Source: Cyanophora paradoxa CCMP329 (taxonomy: Eukaryota > Plantae > Glaucophyta). From it: a stretch of DNA of 64,000 nt. Shown here piece by piece: positions 32,635-44,865 of this stretch (the stretch's first letter is position 1; every line of letters starts with the position of its first letter). The position numbers and the translations under genes are program-made. The notes under the pieces were generated by a model that was not told where the DNA came from, made no database searches, and worked only from the letters and a program-made list of their open reading frames with translations. The DNA lies in contig QPMI01000123.1 of assembly GCA_004431415.1 (NCBI GenBank), positions 1 to 64,000 of the forward strand. Reading direction: 5' to 3'.

Positions 32635-34709
32635 TGTTGCCAGCCTGGTTTCCACTGAGTCGAGCCGCTCGTACCATGTACCCCAGTCAGTAGTCTTGCT
32701 GTACCCTCCGGGACCGCACCACGGCTCCCAATACAGCCCCACCACCCCTCGGGGCAATCTCGCGTGTAGCGCACGGGCTGGGAGCACAGCTGGGCAGCCA
32801 CAGCACAGCAGAGCGGGCCCAACAACACCAATAATACCCTCGCCGCGACAGCCCCTGGCCCCGTCGACGGACGCTGCGGACGTCGATGCGCCGGTGGAGA
32901 GTCCGTGGATTCTGCATGGTGGAGAGTGCGCGCGATCGCTGGACTACGAAAAGGAGGGACGATCGGCACGGAGGCCGAATCTTCAAAAGCGGAGGGAGGA
33001 GAAGAAGATGGCGATCCCAACCGCGACCGCAGCGATGTGCTCGTCAGCAGCAGCACCGGGTGATGCCCCGCGACCGGCCCTCGCTCGCGCGCTGGACCGC
33101 GTCGGACCGTCGGGTGATTCCCGTGCCGCCTGCAGCAGCCTTGGCAGCTGGGTGATTCCAGCGTAATCCGTGCGGCCTGATCGAGAGCTGGTGCTCTTTC
33201 CACGTCGATCAGCGCAATCGCGCATCGGAGGCCGGGTGATTCCGGCATGAGCCTCGGCTTGCGTACCTCAGCGACCCAGCACGCCGCGCTCCGCGCGCAT
33301 GAGCAAGGGCGCCAAAGGCGAGCGCTGTCTGCGAGTGCTGCGCGTCCCGGGAGTCCGCCCAACCAGACCGGCGCGCACTTGGCCGCGATCGCCCGGACCT
33401 GCGCATACGGACTGGAGGCGGCGATCAAGCTACATCTCCACGCTGAAGATACGCTCTCTCTCGTTCTTTCCGTCGCATTAGCAGCTCGCCCCCCCGAGAG
33501 TCGCTCTTAGAAGGGAACCATCTATGCGTGTCCCGCGACTCGGCTACCCATGCCAGTCGCCTTGAGAGTCTATGAGCCTTGAGAGTCTATCTTGCTTCCG
33601 ACTGAGAGTCTGTCGCAACCGACTGGGAGTCCGGCCCCCGCGCCGTTCAGTCGTGACCCTTATCGCTGTCCGATGGCCCACGGATGATGTATCCGATGCG
33701 GCGTTGCCCCTTCCAATCCCGGATGATGTATCCGATGAGTCGCATAGCCTGCCATGGCCCGTTGGAGCCCCGAAGAGAGTTGCCTCGCCGGTCCCGAGCT
33801 GCTAGCCTCCCGCCTGAGTGATGGCCCCTGCGGAAGGATGGCTCTGACCGATCCCTCTTGCTGTCTTGCTCAGATGCGGTCACTCGCAATCGAGGCTTCA
33901 AGATGACCAGACTTACCTTGCGTGCCGCGCGTCACACCCGTCTTTACGATGGCCGTGATTGCCCGAGCCGCCCCTCCCCGTCGCTGACGTGCTGTACCCC
34001 GACGTCGATGTCCCCCGGGCCCTGCCCCCTTGCATCCTTTGCCGTTCTCCATTCCTCTTTTGAGTCTTCCCATTTCCTTTCCCGTCGGGTGGTGGTTTTC
34101 TGCCTGGTCTCTTGCTGTGGGATGCAAGTGCCGGTGCCTCTCTGTATGGCCCCCAGGGTCCCATCAGTGGCTTGGCCTCTTCAGACCTCACGCCTCGCTG
34201 CTGCCCTGGATAGCGGGTTCTTTCTCATCCCTGTCCTTTCTCGTGCAGTTTCGTAGTGGCTTCATCCTTACCAGTGAGGGAGATCCCCCCCGGGTAGCTT
34301 TCACCTTACCAGTGAGGGAGATCCCTGTACCCCTCGTTCCCTTGGCGTACCCCTCGATCTTTCGGACGGCCCTTGAGAGTTGTACCCCTTCTGGCCCTTG
34401 GTTCATTGCCAGGCCTAGGCGTTTTCCGTCCCGGCCCCGACCACGTGGGCGTAGTCGTTGCCGTTCCGATGTGGACCACGTGGACGTGGTCTTACCAGTG
34501 AGGGAGATGTTGCCAGCCTGGTTTCCACTGAGTCGAGCCGCTCGTACCATGTACCCCAGTCAGTAGTCTTGCTGTACCCTCCGGGACCGCACCACGGCTC
34601 CCAATACAGCCCCACCACCCCTCGGGGCAATCTCGCGTGTAGCGCACGGGCTGGGAGCACAGCTGGGCAGCCACAGCACAGCAGAGCGGGCCCAACAACA
34701 CCAATAATA
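32635..34709 (+). mobile_element. Non-autonomous LTR retroelement (TRIM/LARD-like), 2075 bp, two 202-bp LTRs
   Basis: Direct repeats 32635-32836 and 34508-34709 read identical; ends TGTTG...TAATA; flanking duplication CTGA (32631-34 and 34710-13); purine tract AGTGAGGGAGA before the 3' LTR; no recognisable internal coding. Confidence 0.92.
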
Positions 34710-34850
34710 CTGATCATGAGGCCCATGACAGTGAGCACATGCAATCGTGGCGCATACATGGCAATGTTATAGCGGCAGACGTCGACACCAACTCTACAGA
34801 CTGCCTCGGTGAAGCCGCACTTCGAACTGTGACATGCCACTGGAGCGCGG

Positions 34851-35740
34851 CTAATCGCGATCGTCGCGGAGGTTGTAGTTGCGGGGGAGGCGGCGGCGCG
34901 CGTCTGTCTCGGCCTTCTTCTTGATGCGCTTGAGGCTCTTCTTCTGGCTCGCCGTCGCCCGCTCGCTCGCCCGCGTCGGCTGCGCCACCCCCGCCCCCGC
35001 CGCCCGCGCCGCCGCCGAGGCCGAGGCGGGGCGCCCGAAGGCGCGGCCGGCGAGCTCGAGGGACTCCTGCGCCTCGCGGAGGCGGCGGCGGGCCGACTCC
35101 TGCCGCCGCGCCGCCTCGCCGGCGTGCGCCGAGCAGCCGGCGGCCGGCGCGTTCGCCGACGAGCGGCGCACCCGCACCCCCTCGTCGTCCGAGAGGGAGC
35201 GCCGCGGGGCGGGGGCGGCGGCGGCGGGGCGGGGCGGCGGGCGGCGGTGCCGACGAGGGTCGGGGCGGCGGAGGAGGCGGAGAGGCCGGCGCGGGGCGGG
35301 GCGGGGTCGTCCCCGTCGAGGGAGATGGCGTCGAGCTCGCGCGCCGTGATGGACTCCCGCCCGGGGCCGTCGATGGACGAGAAGACTGGCCGCTCGCTGC
35401 TCGCCGCCGATGCCCACAGCCGCTCCGCCGCCCGCCCCAGCGCCGCCCCCAGCGCCGCCGACGACGGGCCGCCGCCCCGCCCGGGGCGACCCCCGGGAGA
35501 GGGCCCGCCCGCGGGTCGCCGGGGCTGGCGCGGGCTCGGCCCACCGCCCCCGCTCCTCCAGCAGCGGGTCGTCCGCGCTGCGGCGGCGGCCGCCGTGGGC
35601 CGAGCGGCTGCGGCTCCTGCTGCGGCTGTGGCTGTGGCTGTGGCTGTGCCGCCGGCAGTGGTCGTGGCCGGCGCTGCGGCTGCGGCCGCGCGAGGACCCC
35701 GCGCTCGCTCGCCGCCCCTCCCTGCCGCTCGCCTCGCCCT
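34851..35740 (-). pseudogene. Very GC-rich intronless gene fragment (RS/HS-rich N-part, basic helical C-terminus), unknown family
   Basis: Reads ..RHSHSHSHSRSRSRSRS..DDPLLEER..RELDAISLDGDD / ..RRRLREAQESLELA..KKSLKRIKKKAETDARRRLPRNYNLRDDRD*. One frameshift, upstream in-frame TAG, no ATG. Confidence 0.4.
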
Positions 35741-35792
35741 CCTAGCCGCCCTCGCCGCCGCCAGCCGTCGCTGGCTACGATAGCTAAAGACT

Positions 35793-37716
35793 CTACGGAC
35801 TCGAGATCCTCAGCTGGTCCTCCTGGAGAGCGCGCTGGCGCTTTGCTTGCAGCGGCTCGTGGAACGCCTCGTAGATCCGCCGCACCTGCCCCTCGAAAGG
35901 TCAGGACAAGCGCGCAAAAGCAAACGAAGTCACCAGGGCCCGCCTTCTTCTCGCCGAGACCGGGGCAGAGCGCGAGCTCATCCATCGACGCGTTCATGAT
36001 CGCCTTGAGGGACTGCGGCGCGATCGCGAGGAGAGAGTCATTCCGAGCGGCTACTCTAGATAGTCACTCAAGGGATATGTGATCACGGAAGCACATACCC
36101 CAAAGGTTTGAGCGAGGGTCAAGACGTCAGTCTGATGCAGCTCTGATCAGAGGAATTGAGCAAGCAATCACGCAAAAAATTGCACCTTGTTCACTGCCCG
36201 AATCTGTGTGAGAACGTCCTGCAACTGTTTTGTCGTGCTCAGCTGCGCTGGCAGGGTGCACCCGCGCGCGCGAGATAGCCCGAAGCGACGCGACGCACCT
36301 TGGCGAGGTAGTCAGACTCCGGCCTCTCCTGCAGCGCGAGGAGTTCACGACGAGACTGCACGAGAGCAAGGGCCATGTCGGGCACCTGGATGGACTCTGG
36401 GCCCTTCGTCTCGTAGGCGCGGAACGTCTCAAGGTATCGCCCCGCCTCCTCGAAGCTGCGAGCAGCCATCGGCAATCTCCAAAAGAATCAGGTAAAAAAA
36501 AGGAAGCCGGACCTGAAGGCCAGAATCAGGGTCCACTGCTCGTTGATCGCCAGGCGCGAGATCTCCTGCGGCTGGTCGGTCATGGCAGCGAACGGAGGCG
36601 CGAGAATGTCAGAGGGGACAACGAGACCTGTATTGACCGTTGATGATCATCCTGCGGAAAGCGGCGGCTTGGTGGTGTGCGCACGGACTGGGCACGAATT
36701 CGCGACGCACGATGTCGACCTGGCAGAGGAGAAGGCGGAGGCGGAAGTGGTGCCGCAGGTCCTTCATGCGCGTGAAGAGGTAGTCGGGGTGGAGCAGGTG
36801 GTAGCGGAGACTGCTCGGAACTTCAGCAGGGACGCCAGCATCTTAACGAGGATGGAAGAACCTGATGTAGAGGGCGCCTGCGTACTGGCCGAGGATGTAG
36901 TCCGCCCGCACGTCGCCGAACTCGACCCCGACGTGCCGAACGTGAGCCAGCACCGGGTTGCCGCGCTGGAAAATTGAAGCTGCAGGTGAGGACTCGAGAC
37001 TACCGCAACTGGAGCTCGTCGCACACCTGGCGGCGGCTCGCGAGAATGGTGTTGGGCCGGAGGTTGCTGGGCGCCGCCCCGACGGCCGCTCTACCGATCA
37101 AATTCACAGAGTGAACTTGAAAAATGAAAAGCTGGCCCAAGCGCACGGAGGAGCGCCAGCGACGATAGAAGCGGAGACAGCTGTAGCGGATTGAAGGGGG
37201 AGGGCGCAAGAAGGTGGCCCGTTTGGGGAAGCGGGGTCGAGCATGGCTGCAACAGTTGGGGGCGAGCGCGTGGCGGGTGAGCGGGCGAGCTCCGAAGGGG
37301 CCCGCGACGCGCCTGACGCGGCTGGAGCTGCAGAGACACTCGAAGGAGAGATCGCGGAGTTCACGTTCCCGGCGTGCGAGCTTGCGCTCGCGCTCGTTGC
37401 ACCGCCGCCGCCCGCACCCGCCGTGGCCTGCCCGCTGGCCCGCTTCGACGCGAGCCACGACGCAAAGGTCGACGGGACAGTGCAGCCATCGCTGGACGGT
37501 GGCGCGGGGGCCGAGGACGAGCTCGGGATCTGAAACAGGGGCCAGGGCGCTCTGCGAGATGCCGATTTAGCGCACGCGCGCGTGTCGACCGAAGCGAACG
37601 CACGGCCCAGATGGGGGCGCTTTTGCGCGGCTTGGATACGCGCCAGATGCTTCCAGAGCGGGCGGAGGCGCCCCCGCGCTAAGAAACGAGAAGTTCGGCC
37701 GCTTCTTTTCCGCCAT
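35793..37716 (-). CDS. ERCC1: DNA excision repair protein ERCC1/Rad10, multi-exon
   Basis: Exons give NTILASRRQ/RGNPVLAHVRHV..FGDVRADYILG, HLLHPDYLFTRM..LRLLLCQVD, SFEEAGRYLETFRAYETKGPESIQ, MNASMDELALCPGLGEKK/VRRIYEAFHEP. Start ATG inferred. Confidence 0.93.
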
Positions 37717-37766
37717 CCGGGTACGTTGTCGCAGCACTGGGGTACAACTGCAACGAACCCGAAAAT
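37717..37766. promoter_or_regulatory. Putative ultra-short bidirectional promoter/5'UTR between ERCC1 and DRC5
   Basis: Only 50 bp between the inferred divergent ATGs. Confidence 0.5.
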
Positions 37767-40059
37767 ATGAGCGACGAGCAGGGCAGCAGCGCGGCCGCCG
37801 GAGAAGGCCCGGGCGCGGTGGCCTCACCGGAGCCTGCCGGAGCGACCGCGGAGCCAGCGGTGTCGGCTGGGACCGCGCCAGCCGCCCAGTCCGACGCTGG
37901 TGCTCCTCCAGGCAGCGCAGCGCCGTCCGCGCCGCCATCGGCACCCCAATCGGCAGCGGCGGCGCCCAAAGCCGATGGACTGCCCAGCACGTCGCCGCCG
38001 CAGAGTATGCGGACCTTCTCGGCACCCACACAGCCGCCGGACGCGGCGGCAACCGAGCGCGCGCCGTCGGTACATGGAGACTCGAAGGACGGGGGCAAGC
38101 CGAAGCGGAGGAGCATAGCCATGTCCCTCCTCCTGAAGCCCGAAGAGAGTGAGCGGGTCGAAAGCGCGTAGCTAAGCTTGCGGGGCTCACGCGCCTCCCT
38201 CGCACAGCCAAGACAGCGCGTGTGCCCAGCCTCTTCGACCTATGCGTGCTGGCGATGGCCCGTAACTTCAGCAACCTGCGGGACTTCAACATGTATCCGA
38301 AGAAGTTCCGGCAGAAGATTGTCGCGCTGCTCCCGCCCGACCAGGTGCGCCAGTGCGCTCTCGCCTGCGTGAGAGTTTGGTCTGACGCTCGGCGCAGACG
38401 TTGCCCATCGAGGCGGCGGTGGACTGCATCGACGACGAGGATTACTGGAAGCGGTGCGCGCTCTTCAAGTACAAGAACTGCCAGATCGTGCGCCACGGCC
38501 AGTCCTGGAAGCAGGTGCACTGAGTGCGGCGCATTGTAGTCTTGCGCATGCTTAGCCCCTCACACGCCGCGCCCGGCAGCTGTACTGCGAGAACTACCTG
38601 CGGGACGTGCTGGAGGAGTTCGACCCGGCGGTGACGGACATCGACGAGCTGACGCGGCTGCTGGACGCGCTCCGCGTCAAGGTGCGGGGCCTGACGCTCA
38701 AGCAGCTGCCGTCGCACATGGACCTGGCCGTGCTCTTCGACCACCTCGACCTCACCTCCCTCACCCTCACCTACGACATGCGCGACGTGCGCCCTCGCGC
38801 GCAGCCGAGAGCGTTGCTGGCGCTGACGCCGAGCAGGTCGGGATGAACTACGAGCGGTCTCTGTTCGGCATGAAGATGGCGGACTGCTCCTCCCTCGCCA
38901 AGTGCCTCCCGAATCTGCAGGTCCGCGCATCGACGCACGCCGCCCCGCTGCAGCTGAGCCGTGCCGCAGAGCCTGACCTACCTGGATCTGTCCCGCAACC
39001 TGATCGACGACGAGAAGCTGCGCATGATCGTGCAGGGCCTCTCTGAGAACGTCTCCGTGACGCACCTCAACCTCTCGCACAACAAGGTGCCTGTAACCGC
39101 AAGGAGCGGACGAGTCTAAGCTGAATTGAGCGCATGGCAGATCGCGGACAGAGGCGTGCGGGCGCTGGCGCGGCTGCTGGCGGAGGACAGCACGCTGGAC
39201 ACGCTGCTTCTGGCGGACAACCAGATCCACAGCGGGGGGGGCAAGGCGTTCGGGAAGGCGCTGAGGAAGAACGACACCCTCCAGGTCCGCCTCGTTCAGC
39301 TTCAGCCTCCTAAGCATCGCTGAGCGCGCGCAGGTCCTCGACATGCGGCTGAACAGGCTCGGCGACGAGGGCGGCACGCTGCTTCTCGAGGGTGACTTGA
39401 AGTTTCCTTCTCTCTCTCTCTCCTGGGCTCCGATGACGGCTTGCGCAGGCCTGAAGGGGAACACGACCTTGCGGACCCTCAACGTCTCGTCCAACGCGCT
39501 CGAAATCGAGGCGGCGCGGACGGTCGGGCAGGTCCGCGTCTCGGCGTTGTCGCCACGGACTTCGCGTGATCGCCGCCGAAGGCGCTGAAAGCGAACAACA
39601 CGCTCCTGGAGCTCGACCTATCGTGCAACGCCCTGCGCGCCGACGGCGGCCGCCTGGTGACCGGGCCGTCGCCTATAGCCTTTGGGCGCGCCTGACACCC
39701 GGGGCAGGTGAAGGACGGCCTGGACGGCAACGCGACGCTGACGAAGATGGACTTCCGGCTGAACGAGCTCGCGCCCGAGACGGAGATGGCCCTCGCCGAC
39801 GCCCTCAAGCGCAACGAGCTCGCCCGCCGGTCCGCGGCGATCGTGTCTCGTGCTGGATCCGGTCTCTGTCTGACGCTTCCGCAGGGAGGAGCTCAAGAAA
39901 GCAGCCGCAGAGGCTGCCGTGGCGGCGGCGGCGGCGGCGCGGGCGATGGCGGGGCCGTCGCGGGCCGGCCTCGGAGGCTCCCGGCAGTCCCAGCGACCAC
40001 ACAGCACAACCCTTCCCCCGCCAGCTCCTGTCCCCATTTCCGTCGGAGGCAAGAAGTAG
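37767..40059 (+). CDS. DRC5: Dynein regulatory complex subunit 5 (TCTE1), LRR protein, multi-exon
   Basis: VPSLFDLCV..NF, LPIEAAVDCIDDEDYWKRC, HGQSWKQLYCENYL, LKQLPSHMD, VGMNYERSLFGMKMADC, followed by ribonuclease-inhibitor-like LRRs (LDLSRNLIDDE, HLNLSHNKIADRG, LDMRLNRLGDEGG). Confidence 0.92.
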
Positions 40060-40224
40060 ATTTACATGCTGTCCTCGCGTTGTCCCCGGCCCTTCCAAAG
40101 ACGCCCTCCATCCCTTTCCAACCACTTGCTTTTTCAATTCCTGTTCATCAAACATTCTAAGCCAACTGCTTATACCGAAAGCCCAGAGGAAAGAAAGGAA
40201 GAGGGGCGGAAGAAGGAAATGCTG

Positions 40225-40380
40225 GGTGGGAGGGGAAGCTTAAAAGAGGGGGGGGGGGGGGGGGGGGGGGCGGGGGGGAGCTCGGGGACTTTACGGGGGA
40301 GGGTGGGGTGGGGTGGGGGTGGGTGGGGCGGGGTGGTGGGGGTGGGGGGTGGTGGGAGGGGCGGGATGGGGGGGCGGGGC
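40225..40380. repeat. Poly-G / G-run tract between the convergent DRC5 and LIS1 3' ends
   Basis: G run over 20 nt plus many G4-G7 runs. Confidence 0.8.
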
Positions 40381-40450
40381 AATGGGAACTCCACGGAACT
40401 GGCCTCGGGGAACCTTCGGAGCTCGGGGAGGGTACGAGGGCGTTGTAATA

Positions 40451-42345
40451 TCACTTGCACTCCCAAAGCTTTACCGTCTGGTCTACCCCTCCCGTGGCCA
40501 TGATCGCGGGGTTACTCCTGCAGCTGTAATGGTGCAAGTGGGTGAGAGCGCGCCCGGTGCGACTCGCGGACCGCGCACTTGATCGCAAGGCAAGAGACGA
40601 AGTGAGAGTGGGCCTCCTGCAGCGTTCGCAGAGCCTTGCCGCTCGACAGGTCCCACACGCGAACCTGCGATGCTCGTAAGACGTGGCAGTACTCAACGAA
40701 GTAGTGACAGCAGCGCACCGATTTGTCGTCGCTCGAGGTGAGGAGGTACTTGCCCGAGGGGTGCACGACCACTGACCGCACCCAGTTGTCGTGACCACGC
40801 TGAGGGGCGTCCTTAGCTAGACTCGCGTAAGGAAGGGGCGCACTAACCAGAACCTGCCGGCACTGGCCGGTCGCGATGTCCCAGATCCTCGCCGTCTTGT
40901 CTCGAGACCCTGAAGCCAGAATGCCGCCGCCCGATGCTGTTGAGACTGCCCCAATGGACGTCCCTGCGACGCTTGCTCCGTTCGCCGGTTGCAGGGCGGC
41001 CTGCAGAGGGCGATCGAGGGGAGAAAAACGCTCAGTGATGTGCGCAAGCGCACCGCAAACAGGGCGGCAGCTTGTACTGCCGCAGCCTGCGTCGGAGGGA
41101 AGGCAACGCACTCCACCACGTGGTCATGTCCCTGCAGCACTGCGAGGACCGAGGACCGAATATAAGAGGCTTCCAGTCGTTCCTCGCCGGAGCTTACCGC
41201 CCGTGCATTGTCCCGTCTGCCAGTTCCAAACGCGCAGGCTCTGGTCGCTAGAGCAGGAAGCAAGAAGAGGCGAGACGCCGGTCAATCCGCCCTCCGGCAA
41301 TACGCTCACCCCCCGTACCCACTCTTCGTGACCCTTAAGCGTTCTCAGGCAATATCTGCACCGCGAAAACTTAAAAGGGTCCGAGAAAGCAAGAATAAAA
41401 AGCTTGCCCGGTGGAGACCTCCCAGATCCGAAGGGTCTTGTCGCGCGACGCAGATGCGAGGAGCTCACCGGAGGGCAGGAAAGCGACCGCCGAGACGCTG
41501 TGCTCGTGCCCATTGAGGGTCTGCGGGAGTCTATTAGACACACAGGAAAGCTTCCATTATATCACGAGTCACCTTCGTACACGCGAACGTCTCCATGTCC
41601 CAGAGCTTCACGCTGAGGTCCGCCGAGCACGTCGCTGAAATGGAGCGAGGGGTCTGAGCGGGGCGAGCAGGAAGAGGGACGAACAGCGAACCCATCAAGA
41701 TTCCCGTGTGATCAAAGGCGACTCCGTTCACAGCGCCCGTGTGGCCTTTGAGCGTCCGTTCCAGTGCGCCGGTGTCCGAATCCCACACTCGCACGGACGC
41801 GTCCTCGCAGCCGGAAGCGAGGAAGCCGTACGTCGGGTGGAACGCGACCTCTGCACGTGCGGCTCAGCGAAGCGCAACCACTGATTGGCAGAATGCGCGC
41901 ACGCGTGATAGTGCCACGGTGCCCGGTGAGCGAGCGTGCTGCCGGCGTCCTGGGTAGTTTCTCGCTCGCTAGCTTCGCGCCGGGCTTCCCCGGTCCCGCG
42001 CTCTTCAGATCTTCCGTGAGCTGCTCGACCTTCGCCTCGAGGTCCATGATCTGCGGGAGGGGTTGGATGAAGCGCAGGCGATGCATTCGGCGGCGGGCCT
42101 TCTTCTGCAGCCGCACGACGGAAGTCCACTTCTTCTCGAGCAGCCCGCTCACGCCGTCGTCGTAATCGACGCCGGCCTCCTGCTTCAGCTGCTCTGCCGT
42201 CGCGGCGAAGCCAGCTCCGCGCAGGTAGTCCAGCATCGCCCGGTGCCTGCCAATGGCAGCGAGAGCGCATCAGCGTTGAGATAGAGAGCTTTCCGCGCGA
42301 CCGGGGGGCTCACAGCTCGTCCTTCTGCTTCGTGGTTAGGACCAT
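40451..42345 (-). CDS. LIS1: Lissencephaly-1 homolog (LisH + coiled coil + WD40), multi-exon
   Basis: [96 protein letters not shown]. Confidence 0.97.
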
Positions 42346-42666
42346 CTCAGCGCTCGCTTGCGTGCGCTTCGGGGGCTCTCCTGCGTTGGCACGCGCCCAT
42401 GCCCGACCTGGCGAGCGGTCCGGATACCGAAAGAAGGGCGCGGCCGCTTGACTTCGGGGACAAGACGGTTGCACTGTACCCAGACTGAAACGAACTAAGT
42501 GTTGTCGTCGAACTTCGTCGAACTACGAACTTGAGCTCCGTCTAACTGCACCCTGTGGCAGTCCCTCGATGCACGCAAGCAGCACGTGAAGGTTCGAGCC
42601 TGCAGCTGCAGTCGCCCCACACTCAGCAATCCGCCGGCGCTCTTTAAAAAATTTCGAGCGATAGCG

Positions 42667-43363
42667 ATGCTGCCGGCCGCGCTCGCGCCGGCGGCGGCCG
42701 CGTACCTCTCCCTCGCCTCGGCCGTGGCGCTCCTCACGATGGGTCCGCGCCCCCAAGGCCGCAGCGCGCGCTCGAGACGCGGGTGCTGAATCAGCGCGCA
42801 GGATACGACAAGGTGTGCGCCAAGCGCCGCGCCTTCCGGGTGTCCGAGCTTCGGATCGTGCTCCTCACGCTTGCAGGTGCGCCGCGGCACGGCCTGTAAC
42901 GCTCCATCCTGCGGCCGGCATTCATTGGCTTTTTAGGTGGCTACGTTGGCACGCTGTTTGGGATGGTCTTCTTCGCGTGCGTGTCAGCTCCTTGCAATTG
43001 TATGCGTCGCACCAGGCTGAGCCTCTCTTGTTCCGGTCAGGCACAAGATTCGCAAGCTGAAGTTCTGGCTGAGCATCGGCGCCGCCGCGTACGCATGGTC
43101 GCGCCTGCTTCCTGCGGAGCTGGACATCGCTCGGGGCGTCGTCGCGGGTCTTCTTTCCATACTGTGAGCCGACTGCCCCCGCCACCGACCTGCTAGCTAT
43201 AGCTAACGATCTTCGCGTGATTGCCCTCAGGCGCTTCCCCTCCCTGCTGGCACTCGCTGTAGGTGTCTGGTTCCTGACGATGCTCGGCGTGCATCTCGGG
43301 TTCACCTTCATTATTTTCCCGTCCCTCAGCATCCCCTTCATCGCGTGGTGGGCTTATCGCTGA
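42667..43363 (+). CDS. DUF1294 (YsdA-like) small membrane protein, multi-exon
   Basis: GYDKVCAKRRAFRVSE, GGYVGTLFGMVFF, HKIRKLKF motifs; hydrophobic helices; ends ..IAWWAYR*. Confidence 0.75.
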
Positions 43364-43573
43364 ACATAAATGCAACTCCTACAATTGCAATCTTCGCCTG
43401 CGCGAAATCGAATAGAGATATTGATAGTCTGAGCCTATATCAGCTAATAGACATGGCTAGGCACGCGGCCATGAAAACAGTGGCACATACAGTGCTCTTA
43501 AGCTTCGAGTCGTTGAATTTTCGAAATGCTTGCAATTGAGGGAATCTGAGAGGCTATCGCTGTACATGTCGTT

Positions 43574-44413
43574 CTACGTAGCCTTTGAGAACTCGATCTT
43601 GTCGATCTTAACCTGCACGCTGCATCAGCGGAGTGGCTCGGTGGATTCCGGCAGATCAGCGGCCGCCCACCTCGGTTTCCGTCTCCAGCTGGTAGACGTA
43701 CGCGACGCTACTCGAGCCCTGGATGTCCATGAGCACGAAGCTCGGCTTGACGTCCCTGCAATGCACTTCAGAATGGATTGCGATGGATCCTCTTCTATAT
43801 TCGCACGTGCTGAGGATGGAGAAGGCGCCGGTCGCCGAGCCCGGATTCACGAAGAGCTTCTTCTCGTACTGGATGGCGCTGAAAGCGTGCGTGTGCCCTG
43901 TGACGAGGACGTCGACGTCGAGCTGACGCTGCAGCTGGGCGAGCGCCTCCGAGTCGCCCCACGGCACGATCTGGTGGCCGTGGCACACGCCAATCTTGAA
44001 GGCGCCGACCGTCACGACCTTGCTCTCCGGCCACTGCTGCCCCTGCGGACTGCGCTGAGCTAGGCTTCGAATGATGGGCGGGCTGTAGGAGCGCCGTGCG
44101 CACGTCGTCGAAATCGCCGCGGACGACGTGCACCTCGGGGGCGAGCGAGCGCAGGTAGTCGTAAACCTCCTTCGTGCAGAGGTTCCCCGTGCAAACGATG
44201 TGCTGAATCTTGTTGGGGACCTGCGCGTACGTGCGTGAGGCGCCCCGAATGTGGTTCTTGAGCGCGGCGGGGCTGAACCAGGAGCGACTTGAACTTGGCC
44301 GGGAGGTCCGCGACGCGGTGCGGAATGTGAAAGTCGCCGATGAAGAGGACGAGCTGTGGAAGGGCGGTCGGGACGCCAGGATAGACGGCGCCGCGCCGCA
44401 GTCGCACCACCAT
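43574..44413 (-). CDS. VPS29: Retromer subunit VPS29, multi-exon
   Basis: [93 protein letters not shown]. Confidence 0.98.
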
Positions 44414-44865
44414 GGCGCCCGCCCGGCGAGTGGCGTCGCGCGAGCAACGGTGCGAGCAGCGGAATGGGCCGGTAGCTATAGCGGCTGGTATGCGAAGGTT
44501 GGACTTCCGACTTCCTTCTGGAGCAGCGGATCCCCTTTGCCCTGTACCCGCCTGGTGGATGTGCCCCCGAAAAAAAAACGAGTTTAAGTGCTTAATCAAT
44601 TAAAGCCGAGCAGAATTCAAATAAGAGGGGGGATACCGCGCGGCGTAGCTTTTGCTTTGGACGGCGAGAAAGCTAAAGGTGGCCAGGCCGGAGGCATCGT
44701 GGGACCTTGCACAGCACGATCAGCACCATCGAACGGACGATCGTAGCGAGCGGAATCGCGCCGGACGCAACCCGACGGTCGGGGAACTGCTGATGGTCCA
44801 GCTGTAGGCCCGGCTTGCCGCCCAATCGGCTCGACTGGGGAGCCGCTGGCGGGATGGCCCACACG

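Noticed and set aside
30144-34566. Numerous 60-320 aa ORFs in the GC-rich non-coding zone
   Set aside because: Low-complexity Arg/Ala/Pro/Gly translations without motifs, expected by chance at this GC content.
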